Made by a program: the position numbers and the translations under genes
Notes under the pieces: model-generated
Told to the model about the DNA's origin: nothing
Seen by the model: only the letters and a program-made list of their open reading frames with translations
The model's database searches: none
Shown here: positions 1 through 12,490 of the stretch, piece after piece
Numbering within the stretch: position 1 is the stretch's first letter
Layout: every line of letters begins with the position of its first letter
Assembly (NCBI GenBank): GCA_018398765.1
Contig: JAHBMJ010000234.1
Span: 62,001 to 126,000, forward strand
DNA: 64,000 nucleotides
Source of the DNA: Chromera velia
Lineage: Eukaryota
Direction of reading: 5' to 3'

Positions 1-3000
1 CGGGGAGGCACACAGACCCCGAGCTAGACACTCAGCAAGTCTTTAAGAAAACAAAAGAAAGCATCAGCATGCGCACATGCAGCCCACCCACCCACCTACC
101 AGGGCCAGTAGAGATCCACTCCGGGGCTTTCCAGACCACAGTGACGATGTATCCGAAGAACCCCCCGACGTACAAAAGGATTGCAAAAATGCCTGTATGG
201 ATGCATGCATGCAAAAGGGCGACAAAGAAACCGTCCATTCCACTTTGACAAGGAACCGAGATAACACATGCCCCACCACAATGACGCCTGTCCTTGCGAG
301 GAATGGATTCAATAAATTCTTTTCAGCCACAATCTGGATCGCCAAGCATTCATACCTCAGGATAGCAGGAACACACTGAAGTCTTTCGTTTTGCGCAACA
401 ATCCGGCAGACCGATGAATGATGGCCGCGGGCGACCACTCCTCAGTAACGGAGGAAGACAATACACAAGCGTTCTCAGCCCTATACGGGTGTAAAACAAA
501 CACCTGCATTTCTTGCTTGTGCCCCTCCCACCAGACCACAAACACCGACGAGACAAGGAATTATAGAGAAAGGGAAAAGAAGAAAGAGAAAGAAAAATTT
601 ACAGAAAGAAAACAGAAACGAACACAGAGAGAAAGAAGGGCTACGGCAAAAGAGGTAAACAAGAAGAGGAAAATCCCTACAGCCTATCGATACTTCATCT
701 CATGTACTGACCGAGTATGACCATGGAGTTGTGTTCTCCACTTCCGCACTCCACCAAAGGATATTCCTCCAGAGTTGAGGGTCCCGCTGGGTGGGTCATG
801 CACTGGTACGGCGCCAGAATTTGAGTGCAGACGAGCACGTAGATGGTCATGTAGATGAACAGGACAGTGTTCACGCACCTGCAGGAGGGAGAAAGGGAGG
901 GACGGCCGGGAGGACTCAAAAGAGGGAGGGCCCCTCAATGCTTCCGCTCGATCATCTCATGTAGACGCTTCATTTTACACAGGCAGAACAACAAAACGCG
1001 AATGGATACAATCTTCATGGAAGCACTCACTCTTTCATTCACTCATTCACTGACGCACGCACACACGCACTTATTGAATTCCCAGGGATGCAGCTTCTTC
1101 CAGATCCATCGGTGAATCACGTACGATGCGCCATACAGTGAAGCCATCAGCACCAGCAACATCCCCGGCAGTGCCACGATAAAGGCGTACTGGTCGAGTC
1201 CCGTTTTGCCCCCGAACATGCATTCACCCTGCAGCGTTCATTTGATCATTCGATGGGTTTTTTCATTCATTTTGTTTTTGTTGTTCGTTCAAACATGCAT
1301 CGGACAGACAGACCGACACTTACACCTACCAAGTATCAAGCGAGAGTGCGTGCGTGCACATGGGGGGGCACACCTTTGGGGCACATCTTTGACGTGTCAG
1401 TCGGGTCGAAGAAAAAACAGGACCGAAGAAAGGGAGCCGAAACACGTTCACGCACACACCGGCACAGAGACGCGGGCGCCCGTGGACACGCACGCACAAA
1501 CGAAGAAACAAAGGGAGAGNGGGGGGAGGAAGGAAAGAGGGAGGGAAGGAAGGAACGGCGTAATGACGTAATGAAGGAACGAAGGAAGGAAGGGAGGGAG
1601 GGAGGGAGGGAGGGAGGGAGGACGAAGGATAACTGCAAAAAGGACTAGGAGAGAGACCTACCTGCATTGCCCCAAAGTTCAGCAGCATGACGTCAAACAC
1701 CGACAGCAGATCTTTCACAGCTCCCGCACTGTCGAACTGTAGGTTGCTCAGCAGCGCTATTTGTTGGAAGAAAAGTGCCAACAGCGAGAAAGAGATTGTA
1801 ATTCGCACTGCCGCTGATGCGTTGGCGCTCCACTCCTCGTTTAGTCGATAGTAGGAGAAGACGAGGAAACCGGTAATGATGATAAACAGGAGGAACAGAG
1901 GGAGGGAAAAGTACCTTGCGGGGCACTGCTTGCATGTCGAGGCTGCCTTGTACCAATTCGACGGGCACTGCCAGCACATTGGCCCGAAGCGGGGCCACTT
2001 ACAATTGGGATCGGCTGCAAAGAAAGAAAGGAAACACAAGGAATGCCTATGCATGTACTCACGTCCGCAACTTGTTGGGCGGAATCATCTCATCGGGCCA
2101 TTACACGTCAGGTCCTCTCGGTGTGTCGAATGTCCGATACTTCAAAAATCTGCCGAAGTAGACACCAAAACTCTTCCACAGACACCCACTCACTTGCCCA
2201 ACAAGCCAGACAGGGACCCAAACCGCTTTCCCCTACTGACCGAGCTCATCGACTTCATTCAGTCTTCTCGTACTCGTACCGTTCACGCTAGAGGTCCTGC
2301 CCACGCTTCCACCCAGGCACGCGCCCGAACTGCGGTAGCATCTCTGCAGCTTCTCAGGCTTCTGGAATGCATTCAATTCGGCGTCTGTTTGGGAGGATAC
2401 CCAGAAGCCAGAGGTCACTGAAGGAAGGCCGTCTCCAGCGTCGCAAATCAGTCCCTCAGGGCAAGTTTCACATGTGTCGGTCTGCAGAATTAAGAAATGA
2501 TTGAAGTAAACGCAGAAACACGAATTAAGTTTTAAAAACAAACAAAGAAGCCTCAACTCACCGATGCAGGCCAATGCGATAACAAACGAAAGAGGTTCTG
2601 CAGTCACGACAGCGTTTACCACACCTTCACTTCTCCCAGCTGCGAAGCAAACGCATTCAGGCTCGTTCAAGTTGAAAGAACAACAGAAACTGCTGCAGTC
2701 TGTTCGGGAACGGAAATTCATTCCAACAACTGAAAACACCTTCTGAAAGAAAAAGAGGAAGAAAACGAAGAAGACCCACCTGTTTATTCAAGAACGTACT
2801 GTTCCCACAAGTGCAATCTGTCGAGAATGTTGCCCCCACTCCCGCGGTGGTCTTTGTTGCTGGGCAGAGGATGCAGTCCAACATCCCAGTCGAGTTTGCA
2901 TAGTACCCAACGCCACACCGATCGCAGGTCGAAGAGTCGGTTGATGTAGAATTTCGGTGGGTTCCCGCTAGGCAGGGAGTACAGGAGGTCAACCCCGTGC

Positions 3001-3563
3001 TACCGGCATAGTACCCGACATCACACGACACACACGCTGTGCTGCCTGCAGACGCGGAGTAAGTCCCGACAGGGCAAGCAGTACAGGTCCCCCCTGCAAC
3101 ACGATTGTAGTACCCTGCAACACAGGGGATACACCCCCCATCTGAATTCACCCCTGTCCCGGCAGCACGTGTCTCGTCTTCGTCCGGGATCACGTCCTTG
3201 TCCCCACTCCCAGCGGGGTCCCACTTCGTTCCTGTGCTCCACTTGAGGGCTGTGCTGGACCAAGTGATCGTCCCGTCGGCCTGATTGAACGTCCCAACGT
3301 TGGCCAATTTGTAGTTGTCATCCGAGTTGTACCATCGCACACGCTGGTTGCCAATTCGGGTGCCGTCTCTGTTGTGTTTGATCGTGCCTGTCGCTCCTAC
3401 AAAGTTGTTTTGCCGAATGTAGGTCCAGATCCCATTATAAATTTTCTGTTGCGTGGCAGTCGTAGTGGTTGAAAGGTCACCGGCAGCAACCCCGTCGGTG
3501 GTCGCCTGCGCAGAGCTGAGGTAGGCATCGATGCCCAAGACGGCATCCCAAATGGCGTCGTAC

Positions 3564-3595
<32 letters not shown>

Positions 3596-4835
3596 CCGTC
3601 TTGAGGTCATCACCATGTGCAGATTGAAGTGAAGCGTTGCATGAGTCATTCGGATACAAAGGAGAAGGCGATTACTTTGGCCAATGCCTGACGTCACGCA
3701 ATTACAGACTCGTATACCCGCGCACAAACATGTGACGGACGAAGAAATCAGAGGGTGGGCGTCCAGAGAGACGGAAGAATGGCGGATGATACATCTGAAG
3801 GACAAACTGACTTTCTAAATGTATGCAAGAGCGAACGGTATGGGGTCGACATGGAAGACCAAAATCGGGAAAACGGAGCTTGTGGCACGCTCACTTACCA
3901 TGGCGCCATCAGGACCCATATATCGTCCGCTGTTGTAAGAGAAGTGATCCCTGGAAAGGCCGCCTCGAGACCTGCGGCGAATGTGGCGTAGAGAATTGCA
4001 GGTGTCTGGCCCGGGGCCCTCAGTGCAGTTGTGGTGTCTGTGTAGGAGAGGAGGTCGGGGCCTTCCGGGGCAACTCCATTTCTGAGGGTACTATATAGAT
4101 CCTGCACGTTGCAAGGACTTGCACTGCCCAGGCCGTTGCCGTATAGGGTGATCCAGTCAGACGAGTCCCTGCAGAATTAATGAATACACACAGAAGGAAG
4201 GAAATGCACGCTGCGTTCAATTCACATGTCCGCCCACCCATTCACAGATCCATAAGGTTTCTTTCAATGTGAGAGTGGGCACATGGGGAAATGTGGAAAC
4301 TCTCGTGAGGGAACTGGAGAGACGTTTTGTCTTCGTCCATGGAATTCAACCGAATTCTCTCTCCTCGCACAGATGCACAAAGAAACAAGAGAAAACGACA
4401 CAGGAAGACACGCACACACATACACAGACCATGAGGTGGTGATGTACATCAGATGATCTCCGTAGAACTTCTTAGAGTGAAAGGCGCACAGAATGTCCCT
4501 CATTTGGGTCTGCAGGCAGAGAGGCAAGCGAGTGTAGATAGGTACAAAACAAAACAGGCAGTAGACAGACAGACAGACAGACAGGCAGGCAGACCGACCG
4601 ACAGACCGACCGACCGACTGACACCGACCGACCGACAAACAGACAGACAGACAGACAATGAATAGATAGAAAGAAAGAACTGGGGGGACGGACGGGACGA
4701 CCACAGAGAGAGAGAGAGAGAGAGAGCCAGTGGGTGACTAGACGCCACGAGAGGGCAAAAAGAGAGACGTCATGCCGCAGCGACAGGTGGAGGCAATTTG
4801 TGCAAGAAGAAAGAGAGACAGAGAAAGTGTCTGCC

Positions 4836-4913
<78 letters not shown>

Positions 4914-7218
4914 AGAGAGAGAAGGAGAGAGAGAGTGAGACAGACGCAAAAACAAATCAAAACAGCAACAAACAAAGGACAGAAGTCAGTAAAAGGAGGG
5001 AACCTGCCAGCGCATCCCTACTCTACTTACTCCGAAGCCCAGCATGACGATCACCCTGGCGTCTGCTGCCAGGAGTTGGTCCGCTGCGTCTTCGTATTTG
5101 GACGTTAGCTGCGCATCCAGCCCGACTGAGACAGGGACCTTAAGTGCCTTCCCTTCCAGGGTCTGGTAGGTGGTCTGGATATCGTCCACCAGTTGTGTCT
5201 GAAGAGCATCTGCAGGCAGGCTCAAGAAAACAAGAACAAAAAAAATCAACACAAGCATGCTGCAGCTTCTATCGATAGTATGCCGAAACTTCAACCTCCG
5301 CCTGAACTCCCCAAGAGACCGACGCTTGCACATGTGAGCACTCATTGACAACAAGAGAAGAACTGTTGCACATTCGTTCGCTTCTTGAAAAAGGAAGACG
5401 ACTGTCTTTTTACATTTGCATCATCTGAAAGTGCAGATCTGGATTCACCCAATCCCACTAAATGTCATCCGATGTACCAACAGAGAACTGTTTCATCCTT
5501 CTCCTCACATTCCTACTCGACCCCCATGCATGAAGGTGGCTCCTCTTCACTGCCGAGCTTTTCCTAATAAGCATGCGAGCCTCTCTCTGTCCCTCCCTCC
5601 TTCCTTTCTTCTGTCCATCCAACCATGAGTGCGTGCATGCATCTATATTTTTGACCTCCTCAGCACCCCCCCACCTGTGGCCAAATAGATGAAGGAAACT
5701 CTGCAGCGCAACAGGTGACATGGGAAGAAAACAAATAATGGGAGCTAGGCGACAGGGAGAAAAGGGGTCTTTGCTACATCATTCTGAATGAGCAGACTGG
5801 GAAATCACATGGAGGAAGCCGCCACTTTGAGAAAACGAAGGATGCAGAGCAACGAATTCAAATGTCTTTTCATGGAACAACATAGAACTCTTTTCCGGAC
5901 TTTCCTTCTTTCGCTTCCTGGCGGACTTGAACGAACGCGTGCAAACAATGAATGTGCACCATTTTTTCCCCCGAAGGTCTAGAGACGGCCTCCGACAACT
6001 TCTTGTTCAATTCGCACTAACGCCTTCACAATTTTTCTTTGTGTCGACCTCCTTCTCTACTCGGAAAACCTGATTCATTCAGACTACCAGCTTTCCCTAT
6101 TCGAGTTGTTCACACAACACACCGACCGGTCATACCCAAGCGCCCGGATGATCCCGACAAAGGCAGTGGCCTCGTCGTACGGCCTGAGACTTGCGATGGC
6201 TGGGTAGCTCGTTCTGTCTGTCAGGTAGTCGCCTGGAGAGAGGGGAGACACCTGGACGACATTGGAGGGGGCGTAGACAGTGTTGGACCCCTTCACACTA
6301 TTTGTGCATAGAGGCCCTATCTGCAGAAGGACAGAAAGATAGAGAGGAGACTCAACCCACAGACATGTAGACGCAAACAGAGATCGAAATCCGTTTGCTG
6401 AAAGACGGATTCTTCACGTGAGGAGATTGAGTAAACGCTTCTCCCCCAAAGGAGAGAAAAGTCTCCCTTTCAGTTCGTCAGGGGTTCTCCACACCCTCAC
6501 GCCCGAGCAACAAAGGGGTGAAGGAAGGAAGGAAGGAAGGAAGGAAGAAAGAAGAGAAAGAGAAAGAAAGACGAAACGGACCACCACAGAGTGACGTGTC
6601 TTTGTTGCATAGTTTGTGAAAGCCCCAGAGGCCCCTTGGATCTCTGAGCATCCTCCGTCCTCTGATACCAAAATGGCGATGTCGTGAGCTGCAGGGGAGT
6701 GCTCAGATGAGTTGAGCAGCAGTAATTCAGGCGAAAGAAACAGTTCGACCCAATGTATATATTAATACATTAGGCTGGTGTGTCTCTGGGTATGCAAGAG
6801 GGCTCATGAGGGCAGGCGAGTGTCTTTTCTTCATGCGCCTTTATGTGCACATTGAGGCATGAAAAGTGTCTCCATGCTATGGGGCTTCTCTGTTGCTTCC
6901 CATCACGGTTAGAAAACAGAATTTTAGGTTATTGAAGAGTGGTTGTCTTCTTGTACACCGAGATCAGCATGGAGGTACAGAAGACAAACATACGAGAAGT
7001 GAAATAAACTAACTTGCTGCGACGAAGGCAATGCTGGTATCGGCGTTGATGTGCCCTTGAGCAATTGCTTGTGCAGTGGCAGTGAAGAGCTCCAGACTGC
7101 TAGCGTATCCTGTCTTCTCCATTTGAGTACCGATTTGGATTGTTGCACCCGAAGCGAGGGAAACTCCAAGCAGAGCAACCTTCAGAGCAAACCACAAAAA
7201 ATTTCTGCGGCCTCTCAT
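1..7218 (-). CDS. Multi-exon membrane receptor: signal peptide, periplasmic-binding/Venus-flytrap (ANF-receptor/class C GPCR-like) domain, Cys-rich GCC2/GCC3 (ephrin-receptor-like) repeats and a multi-pass TM region; 3' end lies outside the window
   Basis: The ATG at 7218 gives the signal peptide MRGRRNFLWFALKVALLGVSLASG. Exons joined at GT-AG sites (about 7218-7014, 6689-6582, 6320-6128, 5210-5005, 4169-3897, 3563-2780, 2482-2240, 2013-1661, 879-715, 174-98) give ...EDGGCSEIQG...VIGPLCTNS...QVSPLSPGDYLTDRTSYP..., YDAIWDAVLGID...NFVGATGTIK, CTACPVGTYSASAGSTACVSCDVGYY repeats, then hydrophobic helices. Exon limits are approximate and some small exons are unresolved. Confidence 0.8.
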
Positions 7219-7479
7219 GGTTACTTTCCCTCTTCTTCGTCTTCTACTGTTTCTCAGGGATCCCTTGTCGGATCCGTCCGTGTCCCTGAATCTGGGCGGT
7301 TTGCGGGGTCAAGAAAAGAAGAAGGTTGATTGCCGAGTCCCTGCGAGACTGTAACGCACTTTCAAACAAGAAAAGCTGAAAGACGATTAAAGCTTGCCGA
7401 TTCACACAGTCACTGAGGCAGAATGGGTTGTCTGAAGTACCCCGATCGAAGTGGTGCGAGTCCGAGAGTTGCAGGAGTT

Positions 7480-7670
7480 TCACGCGGATGCATGCAGGTC
7501 AGACACATGCAGGTCAGACGAGCATGCAGGGCCCTTTCCGGGCCTTTCTTTGAATTTAAGGGCCCGCGCCTGCATGCGCTAGAGGGCCCCGGCATTATAT
7601 TGCATTCGCGCGTACTGATCGATCACCATGCATGCATGCATCCGACGATCACCAGGCATGCATGCCGTAC
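7480..7670. promoter_or_regulatory. Cluster of (T)GCATGC(A) palindromes in the divergent intergenic region
   Basis: Several GCATGC/TGCATGCA copies plus a CATGCAGGTCAGAC direct repeat lie between two head-to-head genes. TGCATGCA is a known ApiAP2-bound motif in apicomplexans; its function here is inferred. Confidence 0.4.
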
Positions 7671-8509
7671 ATATATACTTGAAACGTACGTGTCTGACCT
7701 TCACCTTCTCTGATCCCTGACTGTCGCTGAGTCCGGGAAGAGGCAATTGACGGAGTTGTGAAAGCAGACGGAGAGGTCACTATTTGCCGTAAGCGGTTGG
7801 TAAGAAAAAGGTGAAAGCGGCCTCCTTTATACACTTTTCTTTTCCATCAGTGTTCGCTCTCTCTTTCCCAAGAACGCAAAAAACAACAACACTTCGTCCA
7901 TATGTAGAAAAGCTGCCTGCCTTATCGGAGGGACGAACAAGATTTTGGTCTTTTAGTGGAGGAAGGGGGCTTGCATGCAGCCCTGGGGAAGCGGGGGAAC
8001 TTGTCAGGGGAGAAGACGAAGCAAGAAGTTGAGGGAGAGTCAACATGGACACTGAGCGAAAAGGGGTTCTCCCCCTTCTTCGAATGCGAAGGGACTCGAG
8101 AGAACTGCTTCAAGGCACTCACCCACATCTTCTCACTTCAGGCGTATCTCCTCAATTTGACTTCAGGGACACTCATTCTGGACTTGGAAACACTGAGAGG
8201 GTACATTGAATTGCTCCCTTCCACCCTCTTTCCCCTCGATCCATTTGTCTGTCTCTGACTATACATATGTAAGGATACTTGTGTTGCTTTGTGCTCTTTC
8301 CCCCTTTTCTTTGTGCTTGCAGGAGCGGAACCTCTCACAAGACTTCAAGTTCAATCCCGGTGTTCCCTTCCTGGAGCAACCGTTCTTCCCAATGCAGACG
8401 AGCAGCCAACAGGTTCGTCCCGTACTGACTGACCTTTTTCCTAGATGTCTCCATCAACCAAACCTCCATCTACTCACACATTTCCTCAATCACATGCTTG
8501 CAGGGCTTC

Positions 8510-11500
8510 ATGACAGGCGCATCTCCTTTATCAACGGAGGTCTCTGAACGGGGAGGCGGAGACGGGCTCTCCCCTCTTCACCTTCCTGTTGAACTCCAAC
8601 AGTCGGGCAGAGGAAGAGTGCCGGCCCCCTGTTGGGCCCCCACTCGCGCCTTCACAGGAGCGTCTGCCTCAGGGGGTTCCCCCTCATGTTCTCGTTCGGC
8701 TTCAGATGGGACGTCCGGGGTGCCGCCTGGCGTTCCTGGAGGTCTGGGCCGATGTTGCTGCGTCTCTTGCACTGAGCGTTCACCGTCCAGCAGACACTCA
8801 GGATGTCATTTTGGGCTCGGGGGGTTCGGGGCACTTCAGGGATGTTCTAACAATGAAGAGGACCGTTGTGGTGTGGGGGACGCTACAAGGACAGGCAGTA
8901 CTGTGACGGGTGGCACTGTCAGGGGTGATGCTACTGGGAGGGGGAGTTTCTTCGGGGGTGTTGTTATCGGTGCAGGGGGGTTTGGGATTGAGCGCCAAGG
9001 AAGTGGAGGCTCTCGTGATAGAGAGAGCAGGGAGGAGGGAGAAGGACGGTCAGAGTGTGGGGTGGTCAGATTGGCATCAGGAGGCACAACGGGGCTTTCG
9101 TGCAGTAGCAGGGCGGCAGCACTCTGCTTAGACGACGCTGTCCCCCTCAGCCTGGCCCCTTGCAGCAACGGTTCAGGTTTCCAGCAGCCTGTGGGAATGG
9201 AGACAGGGGTGACATGGACTGATGCGATGCAGCAGCAGGGGCTGCCCTTCCCTCTATCGAGACCCATGCCGCCCTGTAGTGCAACAAGAAGACGAACAGA
9301 GAGGGTGGACTATGATATGTCGGCAGGGGTGGGGAGGATGACACTAGGACACCAACCCAGGGTCTCCCCAGTGCAACAACAGGCCCTTACAGATCCGTCA
9401 GCATTAGCCTCCATTTTCGCTTTTCTGGGCCCCTCACGATATCTTTTCTGTGCAGGCGTGTGTCGTGAATGGAAGTTGAGATACACAGAGACGGCTCGTT
9501 CCTTCCGTAGATCTCCGTCTCCTTCCCGGGGGTCTTTCGCGTCCCCCCCATCAGCCTCCCAGCAGTCTGCCAGCTCGATGATCAACTCATCCCACTCGGG
9601 CAGAGAGGGAGGAGAGGGAGACGGGGAGAGAATACAACCAACACAAACTTTCGCGCGGACTTCGATTTCCGTTGCGTGTGAATCTCTGTCCCTTCTCCGT
9701 TGGGCCTCCCTTGACGAAATTATGTCCAAATTTCCCGTTGCCCTGGGGGCCCTCCCAGCTGCTGCCGGGAGGGGAGACGGAGACGGAATGGAGTCAGGGA
9801 GTAGCAGTTCCTCTTCCTCTCCCTCAGTCTCGGAGAGGGAGTGCAGATCCTCGGTCGTTCTCTACTGTTCTGCAAAGGGGGGGGGGTCTGATGACGTCCT
9901 GCGCTACGTGCTTTACTGGGCCCTTCATGCACCAACAGAAGGGGGACCCGAGGGCCCCGGCAGAGGAGGGGGACAACGAACTGTCATGCCGGGGTCCATT
10001 CCCGCCTGTATGTTTTTCCGATCGCTGTGTAGAGGCACAGCCAGATGGGGTCGTGTTGACCTCCTCCCTATCCTCTTTTCGGAAGTGACTGCCGCCCTTT
10101 TAGGTCCCTTGGGCGTCTCCGTCCAACTCTCAGGAACATTCTTCGATATGGTGTATGCGGCGGCGGGCAACGGGCAGGAGTCCGCACTCGAATGGCTCCT
10201 TGCGTGTGTGCCCTGCGTTGAGGAGTCGTCAGGCTCCTCGTCATCGTCTACCCCAAGTGAAGACACGTTTGGGTTTTCGTGTCCAGACGTCAGGGGTGAT
10301 CCTCAGGATCGAGGTGCACGTTCACTCCGTTCCGCTCTGCAGCAGCTGTGCACCCCTGCCGACATACGGCAAATGCTCCAGAGAGCCTTAGAGACGGCGT
10401 GTGAGCGTCTCCATGTCAGAGCCGCCTGCGTAATCCTGAGGACCACAGCATCCGACGCTGTTGCACAGAGAGACAGTGCGTCTCCGAGACAGCATCACCC
10501 CCGAACAAACTCCGACTTCTTCGAAACACCCCCGATATCTCCCGCCCCCTCGCCCTCTCTAGCTCACGACAGCAGCGTAGGAACACTCCCCCGAAAGAAG
10601 GCAGAAGGCCTGGCAGATCTGTGCCCTTTGTACAGAGATGGACGCCTTGACGTTGGACTTCTGTCGTCTCTAGTCGAAAGAGAACTTCCCATCGACTCCG
10701 GAGGTCTCGCTGGGGCTGTAGGGGGATATGGGGATGTTGAGATGGCAGGGGTGATGGCAGACCTCGGTCTGTTGTCTGATCAAGAAGCCCAACGGCGTCT
10801 GATCAATGAGGCGTGTAAGAACGGGCGTACAGCTCTTTTGAGAGAAGTGGGAAGTTGGGGCCCGGAATGGGCCTCTCGTCTCTCCTCTCGAAGTCTCTGC
10901 AACAGAGCAGCAGAGGGGGGGCATTTGGAGACACTAATTTTCTTGAGGGAGGAGAGGGGGGCGCCGTGGGATCATCTGGTGACCTTTTGGGCTTTTGAAA
11001 GGGGTCATTGGGGGGTTTTGCGGTATGCATGGGAGAGGGGGTGTCCCTTGGATGATGGTACAGCTGCCCGTCTCGCAGCAATGGCAGGGTGGGCACTGGG
11101 CCCAGTTCCGCTGAGTGCCCCCTCTCTCGCTCTGCCGGGGGGGCTGGGGGTGCATGGGTGGGGTGTAAGTCCGATGATGCATGGGGGGGCAGTGCAGCCA
11201 CAGCCACAGCCACAGCAGCCTGGTGTGGTGCCGAGTGTGCCCCCGAACATTGCGGGTGTGCACGGGTGGGGGATGGCTGGGGCATTAGGGGTTCCGGGAT
11301 TTGGCTGGGGCATCGGCCCAGTGGCGGTGCCGGGTCTCGGGTGGGGTCTCGGTCCCGTAGGTGGGCCTGGTATGGCGGCTTGGGGGGTCGGGCCTGTGGG
11401 GGGTGCTGCTGTTGCTGCTGCTGGTGGTGGTGGTGCATTGGAGACGGTAGCAGGAGGACAGGTCGTACTGCAACCTCCGGGAATAGAAGTGAATTTGAAC

Positions 11501-11593
11501 CCTTCGGCAGATCATGTGGGACAACAGAATTTGAACCCGTCTGCGCCTCCAACGACCATGCAAAGAGAGAGTGAAAGAAATCAGATGTACTGA
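8510..11593 (+). CDS. F-box-like/ankyrin-like repeat protein (about 1,030 aa, single ORF) with a Gly-Trp-rich C-terminal tail
   Basis: The ORF is uninterrupted from 8498 to 11593, with the first ATG at 8510. It has an F-box-like LASIFAFLGPSRYLFCAGVCREWK and ankyrin-like LCNRAAEGGHLETLIFLREERGAPWD and AFERGHWGVLRYAWERGCPLD. An upstream exon is possible (ttgcag at about 8503). Confidence 0.8.
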   Translation: MTGASPLSTEVSERGGGDGLSPLHLPVELQQSGRGRVPAPCWAPTRAFTGASASGGSPSCSRSASDGTSGVPPGVPGGLGRCCCVSCTERSPSSRHSGCHFGLGGFGALQGCSNNEEDRCGVGDATRTGSTVTGGTVRGDATGRGSFFGGVVIGAGGFGIERQGSGGSRDRESREEGEGRSECGVVRLASGGTTGLSCSSRAAALCLDDAVPLSLAPCSNGSGFQQPVGMETGVTWTDAMQQQGLPFPLSRPMPPCSATRRRTERVDYDMSAGVGRMTLGHQPRVSPVQQQALTDPSALASIFAFLGPSRYLFCAGVCREWKLRYTETARSFRRSPSPSRGSFASPPSASQQSASSMINSSHSGREGGEGDGERIQPTQTFARTSISVACESLSLLRWASLDEIMSKFPVALGALPAAAGRGDGDGMESGSSSSSSSPSVSERECRSSVVLYCSAKGGGSDDVLRYVLYWALHAPTEGGPEGPGRGGGQRTVMPGSIPACMFFRSLCRGTARWGRVDLLPILFSEVTAALLGPLGVSVQLSGTFFDMVYAAAGNGQESALEWLLACVPCVEESSGSSSSSTPSEDTFGFSCPDVRGDPQDRGARSLRSALQQLCTPADIRQMLQRALETACERLHVRAACVILRTTASDAVAQRDSASPRQHHPRTNSDFFETPPISPAPSPSLAHDSSVGTLPRKKAEGLADLCPLYRDGRLDVGLLSSLVERELPIDSGGLAGAVGGYGDVEMAGVMADLGLLSDQEAQRRLINEACKNGRTALLREVGSWGPEWASRLSSRSLCNRAAEGGHLETLIFLREERGAPWDHLVTFWAFERGHWGVLRYAWERGCPLDDGTAARLAAMAGWALGPVPLSAPSLALPGGLGVHGWGVSPMMHGGAVQPQPQPQQPGVVPSVPPNIAGVHGWGMAGALGVPGFGWGIGPVAVPGLGWGLGPVGGPGMAAWGVGPVGGAAVAAAGGGGALETVAGGQVVLQPPGIEVNLNPSADHVGQQNLNPSAPPTTMQRESERNQMY

Positions 11594-12269
11594 CGATGCA
11601 TGGGCATGACAGAGTGAGGGGGGGTGGGAAAGGGGGCCAGGCGCTGTTGTTTGTTTTGTTGTTTGTAAAAGTACGTGCAATCGAGACATTGGGTGAGGCT
11701 TATCCGTGCTTGTTTCTTTTTCTGCCTTCGCCTTATGAAAGAGAGGGAGTGCGTGTGTTTGATGATGCCCTTCCGCTTCTGTTTCCCCTTTTCGTTCAGC
11801 TTGCATGATTGTTTTTGTACGACTTCGATTTGGCATATGCTCGGTCGTTCTTGATAAAGTGTGGGTTTGGGAAGGACCTTTCAGGCCGCCTGTTTGCTTG
11901 TTTGTTCCACCCACCCACCCACCCACCCACCCACCCAGATCGATCTTTTGGGTTTTGCTTTTTGTGTCCTGTCAGCTCCTAGGGGGTACCCCCCAGCTGT
12001 CGATCACTCCTCTCTGTACACAGGAGACACACATACAGGGGATTCATTGGCCCAATGCGGGTTTCTTGTAGCAGCAGGTGAGCAGACAGACAGAGAGAAG
12101 GGAGAGGGGAAGGGGCAGTGAAAGTCAAAAGTTTGAGGGCAGAAACGAAACAACGAGATTGACCTTGAATATTTGACATTCGGAAGAAGGGACAGAGAGG
12201 ATCACGGAAGAGGGAGAGAGCACAAATTGGACAAATAAATCCACATTGGAGTTCTTGAAAGAATGTCAA

Positions 12270-12490
12270 AGAATTAAATGAATGAATTGGGCGGGAGGGC
12301 ATGAACGAACGAATGCAGATCACTCACTGAATAAAAAGAGCGCGAAAATGGATGACAAGCATGAATTGATGCATGAATGAATGAGCAGATAAATGAATGA
12401 ATGAATGTATGGATGAACGAGTGAATGGATGAATGTATGCCGTGGATGAAAGAGTGAATGGATGAATGAATGAATGAATGAATGGACGCA
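12270..12490. repeat. Degenerate (GAAT/GGAT)n microsatellite
   Basis: Repeated atgaatgaatggatgaa. Confidence 0.8.
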
